DNA of 40,192 nucleotides from Methanobrevibacter sp. (lineage in GTDB: Archaea; Methanobacteriota; Methanobacteria; Methanobacteriales; Methanobacteriaceae): positions 1 to 40,192 of the forward strand of contig JBJEIL010000084.1 of NCBI GenBank assembly GCA_051876995.1, written 5' to 3'. The position numbers and the translations under genes are program-made. Positions within the stretch are counted from its first letter, which is position 1. Every line of letters starts with the position of its first letter. The notes beneath the pieces were generated by a model, which saw only the letters and a program-made list of their open reading frames with translations, was not told the DNA's origin and ran no database searches. This document shows positions 29,926-40,192 of this stretch, piece after piece.

Positions 29926-29964
29926 GGAAGGTTCTAAAATAATTATATGAAATATAAACCTTCC
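29926..29964. repeat. Inverted repeat GGAAGGTT-N23-AACCTTCC
   Basis: Perfect 8-bp arms at 29926-29933 and 29957-29964 in a very AT-rich spacer upstream of aksA. Confidence 0.5.
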
Positions 29965-30267
29965 TTTTCAATAAAAAAAGATGTCTAATTGTTTTTATCT
30001 TTTATCATGTTTTCCATATGATTTTTAATTTCTAATATTAATATGGGTATTTAATATTGAATATTTAATATCTGATATTTTATAATTTATTTATTGGATC
30101 GTCTTTTTTTTAAAATTTTAATATTATAGAAAATTAAAAAAAATAATTTTCTAGTTTTCATTAGTATTTTTCTAGTAGAATAGAATATAATTTTGTAGAA
30201 ATTTAAATGGAAATTTTCTAGTTTTTCATCCATGCTTCTATGGAAGATGATTAAAGTAAAAAATTTA

Positions 30268-30816
30268 TTAATTTTCATCAATATTTTCTAATAGGCCAAG
30301 ATATGAGGTCCTTTCAAAGCCATCGCTAATACCCAATTTTTCAAACACTTTAAACAAACCTTCCTGAGCTTTGCTATAATCGGCACCATCTTCAACAAGT
30401 GCCTCTATTTCCATATATGGGTCTAGACCTTTTACATCATCAAGACTTATCTCATAATTTTTATATCTGTAAATTTCCCTATCTTTTATAACTTCACGAA
30501 CAGCAGTAAAACCTAGATGTTCGAATATTTTTCTACATTTATTTTCATCCTCAATACACATTTCAATTTCTTCTCTAGTTTTACTTTTTTTATCTATTTT
30601 AGGTCCTTTATAGGTTATAAATAAATTACTTTCTTTATCGGTTTTAGTTTTTCTTATTCTTAATGCTTCATCAGTTTTAGCAAAATCACAGATAGGACTG
30701 TTAAAATATATGTCCTCTTGATGTTCAGTTTTTATCTTTTCTGCTTTTAATTCGAGTATTTTTGTTCGAATTTCATTAAAACTGTTGATTTTAGCTTTTG
30801 CTTCAACTTCTATCAT
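30268..30816 (-). CDS. cyaB: CYTH domain protein (class IV adenylate cyclase CyaB-like)
   Basis: N-terminal EVEAK (ExExK), D.YF, LRIR, TYKGP, R.E.E, K.R, LD.V.GL...EIE and SY. Confidence 0.9.
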   Translation of the reverse strand: MIEVEAKAKINSFNEIRTKILELKAEKIKTEHQEDIYFNSPICDFAKTDEALRIRKTKTDKESNLFITYKGPKIDKKSKTREEIEMCIEDENKCRKIFEHLGFTAVREVIKDREIYRYKNYEISLDDVKGLDPYMEIEALVEDGADYSKAQEGLFKVFEKLGISDGFERTSYLGLLENIDEN

Positions 30817-31054
30817 TTATAACAACTATCCTTTATTTTATTATTTTTTATAAAATTTTTAATCATTTCTTATTATTTTCTATTTTGTCTATTTTCACAT
30901 AAAAAATTTATTTTTAAATAAGGTTTATATACTATTTAAATATAAATTTATATACAGTAAAAATTTTAGTTTAAATATTTGATGTGCTTATTTTTCAAAT
31001 TATATATAAAATGTTTACTTACTTTTTTTCAAAAATATGATTTGGAGGTATATA

Positions 31055-31600
31055 ATGACCGATGTTGATATAAAAATAGAAAACATTGTGTCTTCTGCTA
31101 GTATTGGTAAAGATATAGTACTTACTGATGTTGCTAAAAATTTACCTGGTGTCGACTTTAACCGTGAGCAATTCCCTGGTCTTGTTTTTAAATTAAAAGA
31201 TCCAAAAACTGCTGCTTTGATTTTTAGCTCAGGTAAATTAGTATGTACTGGTGCTAAATCTATAGATGACTCAAAGTTAGCTATTAGAAAAACCGTGGAT
31301 CTTATGAGAGAAATCGATACTGAAATCCCTCATGAATTCGAAATTAAAATTCAAAATATTGTAGCTTCTGCTAATTTAGAACTTCCGTTAAATTTAGAAG
31401 CTGTTGCTTTAGAATTAGAAAATACAGAATATGAACCGGAACAATTTCCTGGTTTAGTATATCGTCTAACTGATCCTAAAGTAGTTTTATTATTATTTGG
31501 TTCTGGTAAGGTTGTTTGTACTGGAGCAAAAACTCGTAGTGATGCTAAGCTTGGTGTAGAAAGAGCTTACGACAGACTAAAAGAGTTAGACTTAATATAA
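31055..31600 (+). CDS. tbp: TATA-box binding protein
   Basis: Two repeats of NIV.S...EQFPGLV......LIF.SGK.VCTGAK. Start at ATG 31055 after GGAGG. Confidence 0.98.
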   Translation: MTDVDIKIENIVSSASIGKDIVLTDVAKNLPGVDFNREQFPGLVFKLKDPKTAALIFSSGKLVCTGAKSIDDSKLAIRKTVDLMREIDTEIPHEFEIKIQNIVASANLELPLNLEAVALELENTEYEPEQFPGLVYRLTDPKVVLLLFGSGKVVCTGAKTRSDAKLGVERAYDRLKELDLI

Positions 31601-31613
31601 TTTGGTGATATGT

Positions 31614-33101
31614 TTGATTAAACTTATAGTATTTGACTTAGATAATGTTATAATGAATGGAGAGGCAATAGACGAGATAGGAAAAATTGCAAATGTTAAA
31701 GATGAAATTGCTGAAATTACAGATAAAGCAATGAAAGGCGAACTCGACTTTGAAACCTCTATTAAAGAAAGAGCTAAACTTCTTGAAGGAGTTTCAGTCG
31801 ATGATATTGTTGAATTAAGAAATAATATTCCTCTTACCGATGGTGCTGAAGAGACTGTTAAAACTTTAAAAGATGCTGGCTATGATGTAATTGTTATTAG
31901 TGGTAGTTTTGATATTATTGCAGACCCATTAAAAGACAAATTAGGTATTGATGAAATTTTTGTTAATTCATTAACTGAAGAAGATGGAAAATTAACTGGT
32001 GAGGTAACTGGAGACTTAGTTTCTGGTACTAAACTTCAAGTATTAAATAAATATATTGAAGATAAAGATATTGAATTAGCTGATTGTGTAGCTATTGGTG
32101 ACGGAGCTAATGATATCTCTATTATTGAATCTGCTGGTTTAGGTATTGCATTTAATGGTAAACCTGCTGTTAAAGAAATCGCTGATGTTATTGTTGATGA
32201 TGATAATTTAACCGCTGTTTTAGATCCAATTAAAAAAGCTGCTGATGCTGATAAAAAAGAAGAATTTGTTCTTGCAGACACTCTTGAAGGAGTCAAACAG
32301 CAAAAAATTGAAAAAGAAGAAGAAATTTCCAAAATTGCTGATGAAAGAGAACATTACAATAGAGTTGCTAAAGAACAACGTAAAATCCGTGATGAATTAA
32401 ATGCTTCTTTAAAAGAAAACTTAAACAAAGCTATTGAATATAGGGACGAACGTAATAAAATCAACAAAGAAGTTGAAGCAGAGAAAAAATTACGTAACGC
32501 TGCTAATAAAGAGCTTAGAAACTTAGAATGGTCTTCAGGTAAAAAAGACAAAGTTAAAATCGAAAATGAAATCAAGAAAATTGATAGTATCATTGAAACT
32601 AGGGTTTTAGATATTAAAAAAGAAAATCAACTTGTTAAAAATGCTAATGATCTTCGTAAACAATTAATGGATATTCATGAAGATGATAAGGTAAAAGCAC
32701 AAGCTGAAGAACTTAAAAAACAATCTGAAGAACATCATGCTAATGTTGTTGAACTTTCCGAGAAAGCTCAAGAAGCACATGAACAAATGTTAAACTATTT
32801 CAGAAAAACTGATGAAATTAGAGCTGCTGCTGATGAAGCACATAAAAACTTCATTGAAGCAAGAAAATCTGCTTCTGCAAAACATGAAGAATTTAAATCA
32901 GTTTTAAGTGAAATTCACGTCATTAATAAAAGATTAGGTACATCTAGACCTAAAAGACGAAAATCAAACAAAAATCAACCTGCTCCTAAGAGAAACTTAG
33001 AAGAGAAAGAGAAAGCTGAAAATATTTTTGATAAATTTAAACATGGTAAAAAGTTATCTACCGAAGAACTTTTACTTTTACAAAAATATGATATAAACTA
33101 A
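31614..33101 (+). CDS. serB: Phosphoserine phosphatase (HAD) fused to a C-terminal archaeal coiled-coil domain
   Basis: FDLDN, E.IDE, AM.GELDF..S..ER, ISGSF, K and GDGAND motifs in the first ~210 aa, then ~280 aa of coiled coil. Probable TTG start at 31614 after GGTGA. Confidence 0.88.
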   Translation: MIKLIVFDLDNVIMNGEAIDEIGKIANVKDEIAEITDKAMKGELDFETSIKERAKLLEGVSVDDIVELRNNIPLTDGAEETVKTLKDAGYDVIVISGSFDIIADPLKDKLGIDEIFVNSLTEEDGKLTGEVTGDLVSGTKLQVLNKYIEDKDIELADCVAIGDGANDISIIESAGLGIAFNGKPAVKEIADVIVDDDNLTAVLDPIKKAADADKKEEFVLADTLEGVKQQKIEKEEEISKIADEREHYNRVAKEQRKIRDELNASLKENLNKAIEYRDERNKINKEVEAEKKLRNAANKELRNLEWSSGKKDKVKIENEIKKIDSIIETRVLDIKKENQLVKNANDLRKQLMDIHEDDKVKAQAEELKKQSEEHHANVVELSEKAQEAHEQMLNYFRKTDEIRAAADEAHKNFIEARKSASAKHEEFKSVLSEIHVINKRLGTSRPKRRKSNKNQPAPKRNLEEKEKAENIFDKFKHGKKLSTEELLLLQKYDIN

Positions 33102-33135
33102 ATTTAGTTTATTTCTTTCTTTTTCATTGATTTTT
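33093..33135 (+). terminator. Perfect 20-bp palindrome over the serB stop codon, followed by T-tracts
   Basis: ATAAACTAAA|TTTAGTTTAT (33093-33112), then TTCTTTCTTTTT. Confidence 0.45.
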
Positions 33136-33585
33136 TATTGATTCATTTTTTATATCTTTTTATTATCTATTTTTATTTAATTTATAAATCTAAGGATTAT
33201 TCCATCTATTTTTCTTATTTGAAGTTTTATTAATCTTTTAATCTTATTATACTAATTCTTTTATTTTTAATCATTTAAAATAAATATTTCTCAGCTGATT
33301 TTCAACTGTTTTGGAAGTTTAACTAAATTCTTTATAATTTAAAAAATTAGTAAATATAATATATTATAATATATAGAAGATTATTTTTCTAAAAACTGAT
33401 TTTTTTTTAAAATGAAAAAATTTATATAATGTAATTGAATTTACTATGAATAATAATATTTTAAAATTTCAATTTTTTATTTCATGTTAGAAACTGAAAA
33501 ATTTTAGTAACTAATATTATCAGATTTTATTTTTAATTTTTATTTATATCTATTGAGGGAGAAAATTTTTAGATAATGTGATAAA

Positions 33586-35796
33586 ATGAATGAATTAATT
33601 ATTTGTGAGAAGCCAAAAGCTGCGGAAAAAGTAGCTCAGGCTTTATCTTCCAAGGCAAAGAAACATAAATATAATAAAAAGGTTAGTTATTGGGAAATGG
33701 ATAGGGAAGATAAACATATTGTTATAGTATCTGCTGTAGGTCATTTGTACTCATTGACTCCTAAAAACAATCGAAACAAGTATTATTTTGACTTAGACTG
33801 GGCTCCTGCATATGAAGTTAATAAATCTAGTAGATTTACAAGGGATTATGTAAACGCCATTAAGAAATTTGCAAAGGATGCAGATAGTTTTATCCATGCA
33901 TGTGATTATGATATTGAAGGTACTTTAATCGGATATAACGCATTAAAATATGCATGTGGTGTTAATGATTTGGCTAAAGTTTCCCGTATGAAATTCTCAA
34001 CCCTAACTAAAAAGGATGTTGTTGAGGCATATGAAAATAGGATAGAACTGGATATGCCTCAGGTAGAAAGTGGTATAGCAAGGCATGTTTTAGATTATTA
34101 TTTTGGTGTTAATATCTCTAAAGCATTAATGACCTCAGTTAGAAAATCTAAATATAAATATTTAAAACTTTCAGCAGGTCGTGTTCAAACTCCAACACTT
34201 TCAATTCTTGTCAAAAGGGAAAAGGAGATTCAGAAATTTGTGCCTAAACCTTATTGGTTAATCAAGGCAGTTCTTGAAAATGATATTGTTGCAGATCATG
34301 TGGAGGGTAAAATTTTTGATCAAAAGAGAGCTGAGAATATCTATAAAAATTGTAAAGGTTCCGATGCCGATATTTCAAAGGTAAAGATTAACAAAAAAAT
34401 TAGAAAACCGCCTGTTCCATTTAATCTAGGTGATTTACAATCAGAGTCCTATGCAGCATTTGGTTTTTCTCCTAAGAAAACTCAGGTCATTGCTCAAAAT
34501 TTATATACTGGAGGATATACTTCTTATCCACGTACTTCATCTCAGAAATTACCTGAATCATTAAATTATAAGAATATTCTAATCCAATTATCACAGAGCT
34601 CTGAATATAAAAAACATATTGCAGATCTTCCTAAGAATCTAAAACCTCATGAAGGTAAAAAAACAGATGCAGCTCACCCTGCAATTCACCCAACAGGTGT
34701 TTTACCTGAAAAATTGGATAAAGATGAACAAAAAATTTATAATTTAATTGTATATAGGTTTATCAGTGTGTTTTCAACAGATTCTGAATTGGAAACAATG
34801 AAAGTTAATCTTAATGTGGGAAAAGAGGAATTTTCATTTAAAAGGAAACGGGTCTCAGTTCTTGGATGGTTGGCCCATTATCCATTTAAAAAAATTGAGG
34901 ACGATACCTTTCCAGATCTTAAGAAAGGGGATAAGATTAAGGTTAAAGATATTAAATCAGAGGAGAAAAAAACTAAACCCCCTGCAAGATACAATGAATC
35001 CTCCCTTATTAAGGAACTTGAGAAAAGAGAGCTTGGTACTAAGGCTACAAGAGCAGATATTATTGCTAAACTTTATGATAGAAAGTATATATCCGGTAAA
35101 AAAATTGAGGTTAATCAATTAGGTGAGAATATAATCGATACTTTGGAGGAGTATTGTAAAGACATCACCTCCGAGGAGTTAACCCGTAATTTTGAAAGGG
35201 ATTTAGATAAAATTAGGGAAAATAAATTATCTAAAGACGCTCTTATAAAAGATGCGCAGGAAGAGGTTTTAACTATTCTTTCAGATATTGAGAAAAATGA
35301 GAAGGATATTGGAAATAAACTTTACAGTGCATATATGAAGAGTCAGATTGTCGGTAAATGTGCCTGTGGTGGGGATTTAATTAAAAGATATTCTCCTAAA
35401 ACTAAAGCTAGTTTTGTGGGATGTTCTAACTATCCTGATTGCAGAACTATCTACTCTCTTCCAAAAGGAGCTAATATTCTTAAGAGTAAATGTCCTAAAT
35501 GTGGATTACCTATGATTTCCTTTGGTAAACCTCGTCAACATGCCTGTCTTGATCCTAACTGTGGTAAGGAAAATGTTAAAAAACCTAAAACCCTTGAGAT
35601 TGTTGGTACCTGCCCAGAATGTGGAAATAATTTGGTTAAAAGAAATGGTAGATATGGGGAATTTGTAGGTTGTAGAGGATTTCCGAAATGTAGGTTCACA
35701 TGTTCTGTAGATGAACTAGACTCTATACTGGAAAATGCGAACTCCTCAAACAATGGTTCTACAAAGAATCAGAAAATAGAATCTGATGCAAAATAG
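33586..35796 (+). CDS. topA: DNA topoisomerase I (type IA) with C-terminal Zn ribbons
   Basis: [14 protein letters not shown] (Toprim), [10 protein letters not shown], catalytic [19 protein letters not shown] and C4 Zn ribbons. Confidence 0.97.
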   Translation: MNELIICEKPKAAEKVAQALSSKAKKHKYNKKVSYWEMDREDKHIVIVSAVGHLYSLTPKNNRNKYYFDLDWAPAYEVNKSSRFTRDYVNAIKKFAKDADSFIHACDYDIEGTLIGYNALKYACGVNDLAKVSRMKFSTLTKKDVVEAYENRIELDMPQVESGIARHVLDYYFGVNISKALMTSVRKSKYKYLKLSAGRVQTPTLSILVKREKEIQKFVPKPYWLIKAVLENDIVADHVEGKIFDQKRAENIYKNCKGSDADISKVKINKKIRKPPVPFNLGDLQSESYAAFGFSPKKTQVIAQNLYTGGYTSYPRTSSQKLPESLNYKNILIQLSQSSEYKKHIADLPKNLKPHEGKKTDAAHPAIHPTGVLPEKLDKDEQKIYNLIVYRFISVFSTDSELETMKVNLNVGKEEFSFKRKRVSVLGWLAHYPFKKIEDDTFPDLKKGDKIKVKDIKSEEKKTKPPARYNESSLIKELEKRELGTKATRADIIAKLYDRKYISGKKIEVNQLGENIIDTLEEYCKDITSEELTRNFERDLDKIRENKLSKDALIKDAQEEVLTILSDIEKNEKDIGNKLYSAYMKSQIVGKCACGGDLIKRYSPKTKASFVGCSNYPDCRTIYSLPKGANILKSKCPKCGLPMISFGKPRQHACLDPNCGKENVKKPKTLEIVGTCPECGNNLVKRNGRYGEFVGCRGFPKCRFTCSVDELDSILENANSSNNGSTKNQKIESDAK

Positions 35797-36287
35797 ATTT
35801 CTAATTTTAATCCTTTCCCTTTTTAATTTTATTTTTTGAATCCTTCATTAATTTCCTATTTTCTATTCTAATTGGATATTATCTTATTTTATATGCTTTA
35901 TTCATTTTAAATTAAATTTTATTAAGTTAAATTTTATCATTGTGTTTATTATTTCATATCGTGTTTTTTTATCATTTTTTATTGTTTAATCTAGGATAAT
36001 ATTTTATTTTTTTATTTTTTCCATTATCCTTTTTTTAATCCTATTTCTACTTTAAAATAAATAAATTTAAAAATATTAAAATAAATATTATAAATGTATA
36101 ATATTTTAAAATATTATAATTAGGATTATTAAATTTGTTTAATTCCTTTTCTTTTAGGTAAATTTAATGTCCTTTATTTAAATGGTGATTTGATTTTTCA
36201 TTGAATCTCTATTTAAATTAATTAATGTATACATAATTAAAAATTTAAAGAGATTTTTTACAATTTAAAAATTTGACAGAGGATTTT

Positions 36288-39008
36288 ATGAATAATAAGA
36301 CAAAGACTATACTTAAGTCTGTAGTAATCATTCTTATACTCTTGGCTATAGTGTTTGCTATTAGGGTTCCTGCCGGTGATATTAACGGGGTTCCTTCAGA
36401 TGTTAAAGCCGAGTATGTTGATTCTTCTGGTCTTCCTTATTTCAGTGAAATGGATTCATATTATAACCTAAGGATGACTCAGGATTTAATAGATCATGGT
36501 TACTATGGAGATACTATGGTGAATAACACTCAGGTAGATAATCATAGGTATTCTCCAAATGGTATGAATACTACGTATACTCCAGGAATCGGAATTGTTA
36601 CGTCATTTATGTATAACCTGGCCAATATATTTGGACATTTTGATGTTAAAACAGTTGCTTTCTGGACTGGTGCTATTATCTCTTGTTTGGCTATCATTCC
36701 TTCTTATATTATTGTGAGAAGGGTTACAAATGATTATGGTGCTATTGCAGCATCTTTAATTATAACATTGTCTCCAAACTACTTTGCACACACATTCCCT
36801 GGGTTCTTTGATACAGATATGTTTGTATTTGTATTTCCATTGTTTATTGTTCTGTTCTTTATTGAATGTATCCGGTCCAATAACAGGATTCATAAGTTGA
36901 TTTATGCAATTCTTGCAGTACTATCGATTATGGCCTTTGCTAAATGTTGGGATGGTTATGTATTTTACTTAGGTATGTTGGCAATATTTGTTGTAATTTA
37001 CCTAATTGCTAATTTATACTTTAGTCTAACAGATCCCGAAAATAAGGCATCAAATGGTACTAAGATAAAAGATTTCTTCCATCAGAAAGAGGTTTTATCT
37101 GTAATTGGTCTTGTAGTATTACTTGTCATTGGTTTGTTAATAGTTGACGGTGCAGGTGTTCTTGGAATTGTTAATAATGTACTTAGTGGATTTGCATTAC
37201 AAGCCTCCTCTACCAGTACAGGATTCCCTAACGTAATGGTATCTGTTGCAGAGCTTCAAGTTCCTGCTTTATCTACAGGGGGAGTACTTGGTTTATTCTT
37301 AGCAAGTACTGGCTCCGTTGTAAGTGGTGTTGGTGGAATTATCTGTTTCATTGCAGCTTTAGTTGTATTATACACTTATATTACTAGATTTGCAAAACTT
37401 AGAAGAACTTCTAATAAAACAACTGCTACTGGTAAACTACCTAAAAACTTAAGACAATCCGCATCTGTAAGATCTGAGAAAAGAAGATTTGAATTCTCTC
37501 TTAAAGAAATTGGAGATTTCGGTTCCCGTGATGAACTTATTCAATCAAGAAAGGAAACATTGCTATACTTAACTTTATTCCTTGTTTGGGCCATTTCTGC
37601 ATGTGCTGCTGTAACTCAAGGTTCAAGGTTTATTACCTTATTAATCTTACCATTCGGTTTACTTACAGGTATCTTTGTAGGTTATGCTGCTGACTATATC
37701 AAGTCCAAAAGGATTGATGACAAAAAACTTGCAGCAACAATTGTAATTGCAATCTTGCTTGCTAGTTATCCGGTTATGGCTCAAGTTGATAGGACATTTG
37801 GTATAGCTTTATTAATTATACTTTTAATATTGACTGTAATCTTATTCGATGTTAAAAAACCATTGGTTTATAAGGATATACCTTACAAGAAATATTTAGC
37901 AATTTTCTGTATATTCCTAGCTATTGTTGCTCCAACTGTAACCTGTGCTTATGCAACATCTAACAGTGTTGTACCAGGTACAAATGATGAGATGTGGGAT
38001 TCAATGAATTGGATTCAACAAAATGAACCTAATAACACTGTAATTGCATCTTGGTGGGATTTCGGTTATTTATTTGAAATTGCTGCCAACAGACAAACCA
38101 TGTTTGATGGAGGTATGCAAGGTACAGATGGTAGAGCATACTGGATGGGTGAAGCTATGACTACGGATAATCTAGAACTATCTGCAGGTATTTTCAGAAT
38201 GCTCGGTACATCTGGTTATGAACCGGTATACAATGTGTTAGAAAAGTATACCCATTCAGATAATGGAACTACAGTAGAGATTGTAAATAAGATTTTGCCA
38301 CAGAAAAAATCTGATGCTAAGAATACCTTAACAAATCAATATCATGTATCTAGTAGTGATGCAGATAAGGTATTAAGTTACACTCACCCAGATAATCCTA
38401 GACCAGTAATATTTGTTGCAAGTTCAGATATGCTTCAAAAAGCAGGTTGGTGGACCTATTTCGGTAGTTGGAAATTCGAAGGTAGTGAAACAGAACAATA
38501 TCAATATTATCCAGCTAAGAATCAAACTACTATCCTACCAGGTCACTCCGGTAAGATTGATATGCTTGATGAAAATGGAATTAATGTAAGTGTAGTTGTA
38601 AACAGAGGTAATCAAAATAATACTACCACTGCTTATGTGGAAACTAGATTTGCAAACAATAATTCTGTTGCTGAGATAAATGGTACAGATTACAATCCGT
38701 TAAAAGCAAGTAATATTTTAGTTGTTGAAGATAATTATCTTGTTAAAAACCAGACTATTAGTAATGCAAGTGATGGTAACTACACATTATACTTACTTGG
38801 ATCTAATAATACATATATGGCCGTATTGATGAGTAATGAGCTGGTAGATTCAATGTTTACTAGACTGTATCTCTTAGGTGGTAATGGACAGGATATCTTT
38901 ACACAGGTACATATGGCAAATGGTGTGTCCTTGTGGAGGGTTAACTTTAATAACACTGTTGCAGGTGGAGGTTCAGGTTCTTCATCCAGTAATAATACAA
39001 CAGGATAA
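36288..39008 (+). CDS. aglB: Oligosaccharyltransferase AglB (STT3)
   Basis: EMDSYY, DTD, SVAE and WWDFG motifs, with many TM helices and a soluble C-terminal domain. Start at ATG 36288 after AGAGG. Confidence 0.95.
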   Translation: MNNKTKTILKSVVIILILLAIVFAIRVPAGDINGVPSDVKAEYVDSSGLPYFSEMDSYYNLRMTQDLIDHGYYGDTMVNNTQVDNHRYSPNGMNTTYTPGIGIVTSFMYNLANIFGHFDVKTVAFWTGAIISCLAIIPSYIIVRRVTNDYGAIAASLIITLSPNYFAHTFPGFFDTDMFVFVFPLFIVLFFIECIRSNNRIHKLIYAILAVLSIMAFAKCWDGYVFYLGMLAIFVVIYLIANLYFSLTDPENKASNGTKIKDFFHQKEVLSVIGLVVLLVIGLLIVDGAGVLGIVNNVLSGFALQASSTSTGFPNVMVSVAELQVPALSTGGVLGLFLASTGSVVSGVGGIICFIAALVVLYTYITRFAKLRRTSNKTTATGKLPKNLRQSASVRSEKRRFEFSLKEIGDFGSRDELIQSRKETLLYLTLFLVWAISACAAVTQGSRFITLLILPFGLLTGIFVGYAADYIKSKRIDDKKLAATIVIAILLASYPVMAQVDRTFGIALLIILLILTVILFDVKKPLVYKDIPYKKYLAIFCIFLAIVAPTVTCAYATSNSVVPGTNDEMWDSMNWIQQNEPNNTVIASWWDFGYLFEIAANRQTMFDGGMQGTDGRAYWMGEAMTTDNLELSAGIFRMLGTSGYEPVYNVLEKYTHSDNGTTVEIVNKILPQKKSDAKNTLTNQYHVSSSDADKVLSYTHPDNPRPVIFVASSDMLQKAGWWTYFGSWKFEGSETEQYQYYPAKNQTTILPGHSGKIDMLDENGINVSVVVNRGNQNNTTTAYVETRFANNNSVAEINGTDYNPLKASNILVVEDNYLVKNQTISNASDGNYTLYLLGSNNTYMAVLMSNELVDSMFTRLYLLGGNGQDIFTQVHMANGVSLWRVNFNNTVAGGGSGSSSSNNTTG

Positions 39009-39028
39009 AGTTTAAACTTGTTTAAATC

Positions 39029-39070
39029 AGTTAAGATTTAATCTTAACTTTTTCTTTTTTTATTATTTTT
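39029..39070 (+). terminator. Perfect 21-bp palindrome plus T-tract after aglB
   Basis: AGTTAAGATT-T-AATCTTAACT (39029-39049), then TTTTCTTTTTTT. Confidence 0.5.
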
Positions 39071-39120
39071 TTAAACTGATAAGCTATTTTTCATGTAACT
39101 ACTTATTTTAAAACTAATAT

Positions 39121-39232
39121 TTTTTAAATTTAAAAAAATTCAAGCTATTTATTTGGTTATCTATTAGTTATAGGTGTTTTTTTTAAATCTAAAAAGTTTT
39201 AACTGTTTGTTTGATTATCTATTATTTATAAG
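39121..39232. repeat. Degenerate ~54-bp direct repeat, 2 copies about 59 bp apart
   Basis: TTTTTAAATTTAAAAAAATTCAAGCTATTTATTTGGTTATCTATTAGTTATAGG versus TTTTTAAATCTAAAAAGTTTTAACTGTTTGTTTGATTATCTATTATTTATAAG. Confidence 0.55.
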
Positions 39233-39540
39233 AATCTATTTTTTAAAATCTCGGATATTTCTCATTTAATTTTTTTATTAAAAAAATAAAATATTTATCC
39301 AATATTAATAAAAAACATATTCTATTTATTTAAAAACCGTATTCTAATTAGTTTTATCAATCTTATAATCTCTAAATTATTTTTAAAATATTATTTTTTC
39401 TAATTGATTTATTAAATAATCTTAAGTTTTATATATTTCTTAAAAGAAAAATTATTATTATTATTTTTATAAAACATTAAAAAATTAAGATTATTTATTT
39501 TAAAAATTTTTACTATAATTATTTTTATTCTGGTGAATTT

Positions 39541-40192
39541 ATGAGTGATGATATAGAGCAGAAAATTAAGGATATTGAGGATGAAATCCATAAAACTCAG
39601 TATAATAAAGCTACTTCTCACCATATTGGTAAATTAAAAGCTAAAATAGCAAGACTTAAAGAAGAACAAGAAAAAAGGAGTAGTTCTGGAAGTAAAGGTC
39701 AGGGGTTTTATGTTAAAAAATCTGGTGATGCTACTGCTGTACTTGTAGGTTTTCCATCTGTAGGTAAATCAACATTACTTAATGAATTAACTAATGCTGA
39801 AAGTAAGGTTGGAGCTTATCAATTTACAACATTGGATATTATTCCGGGAATCATGGAATATAATAATGCACAAATCCAAATTTTCGATGTTCCGGGAATT
39901 ATTACTGGTGCATCTGGTGGAAAAGGTAGAGGTAAAGAAATTTTAGCTGTGGCTAGAGATGCGGATTTAATCATCGTTGTATTGGATGTTTTGAATCCTC
40001 AACATTATCAAGTTATTTTAAAAGAACTTCATGATATTGGTGTAAGGCCTAATCAGACAAAACCTGATGTAAGGGTTAAGAAAACTGGAAGAGGTGGAGT
40101 TAAAGTATCTTCAACTATTCCGTTATCAAAATTAGATGAGGTTACTATCAGATCTGTATTAAATGAGTATGGTATCCATAATGCCAGTGTTT
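39541..40192 (+). CDS. DRG/Rbg family (OBG-type) GTP-binding protein, 3'-truncated (not in ORF track)
   Basis: Manual translation [35 protein letters not shown]...GFPSVGKST...YQFTT...DVPGII.GA..GKGRG. GGTGA RBS. Frame is open to the window end. Confidence 0.95.
   Translation, partial: MSDDIEQKIKDIEDEIHKTQYNKATSHHIGKLKAKIARLKEEQEKRSSSGSKGQGFYVKKSGDATAVLVGFPSVGKSTLLNELTNAESKVGAYQFTTLDIIPGIMEYNNAQIQIFDVPGIITGASGGKGRGKEILAVARDADLIIVVLDVLNPQHYQVILKELHDIGVRPNQTKPDVRVKKTGRGGVKVSSTIPLSKLDEVTIRSVLNEYGIHNASV

Noticed and set aside
30087-30281. 64-aa ORF and TAGAAA...TTTCTA palindromes downstream of cyaB
   Set aside because: Low-complexity AT-rich spacer. The K/I/F/N-biased translation is typical of spurious ORFs, and such palindromes are expected by chance.
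1247-35753. Many short ORF-track entries antisense to or nested in long genes (e.g. 1247-1462, 3228-3476, 15489-15773, 29315-29695, 32036-32593, 34814-35122)
   Set aside because: They are shadow frames of well-supported genes, with no motifs or RBS.
39412-39624. 70-aa minus-strand ORF
   Set aside because: It is antisense to the start of the real DRG GTPase gene and runs into low-complexity spacer.
1-40192. Inteins in DP2, NrdD or TopA; CRISPR arrays; IS elements
   Set aside because: Protein lengths and motifs are uninterrupted, there is no regularly spaced repeat-spacer pattern, and no transposase-like ORF or terminal inverted repeats with target duplications were seen.

Overview
AT-rich chromosomal window from a methanogenic archaeon of the Methanobacteriales, most likely Methanobrevibacter (inferred from gene content and order and the very AT-rich spacers). 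It is mostly core housekeeping: PolD large subunit (5'-truncated), class III RNR, class I LysRS, Sec61beta/SecG (missing from the ORF track), PurB, NrpR, GlnA, AhcY, FEN1, AksA/HacA, CYTH, TBP, a SerB-coiled-coil fusion, TopA, AglB and a 3'-truncated DRG GTPase. It also has tRNA-Glu(CTC) and an intron-containing tRNA-Met(CAT). No CRISPR array, transposase, integrase or intein was seen. The main leads are: (1) a nifI1-nifI2-type PII pair with no nif or amt neighbours, a shortened NifI2 T-loop and its own perfect NrpR operator, close to nrpR and an NrpR-controlled glnA; (2) a perfect 11-nt complement of the tRNA-Met intron 3' splice junction in that tRNA's own 3' trailer, a possible cis processing switch; (3) a stand-alone Ntn/class II amidotransferase next to tRNA-Glu; (4) a coiled-coil protein with a C-terminal amphipathic motif, and a membrane protein built of three internal repeats. 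All calls come from reading motifs by eye; no searches were run.
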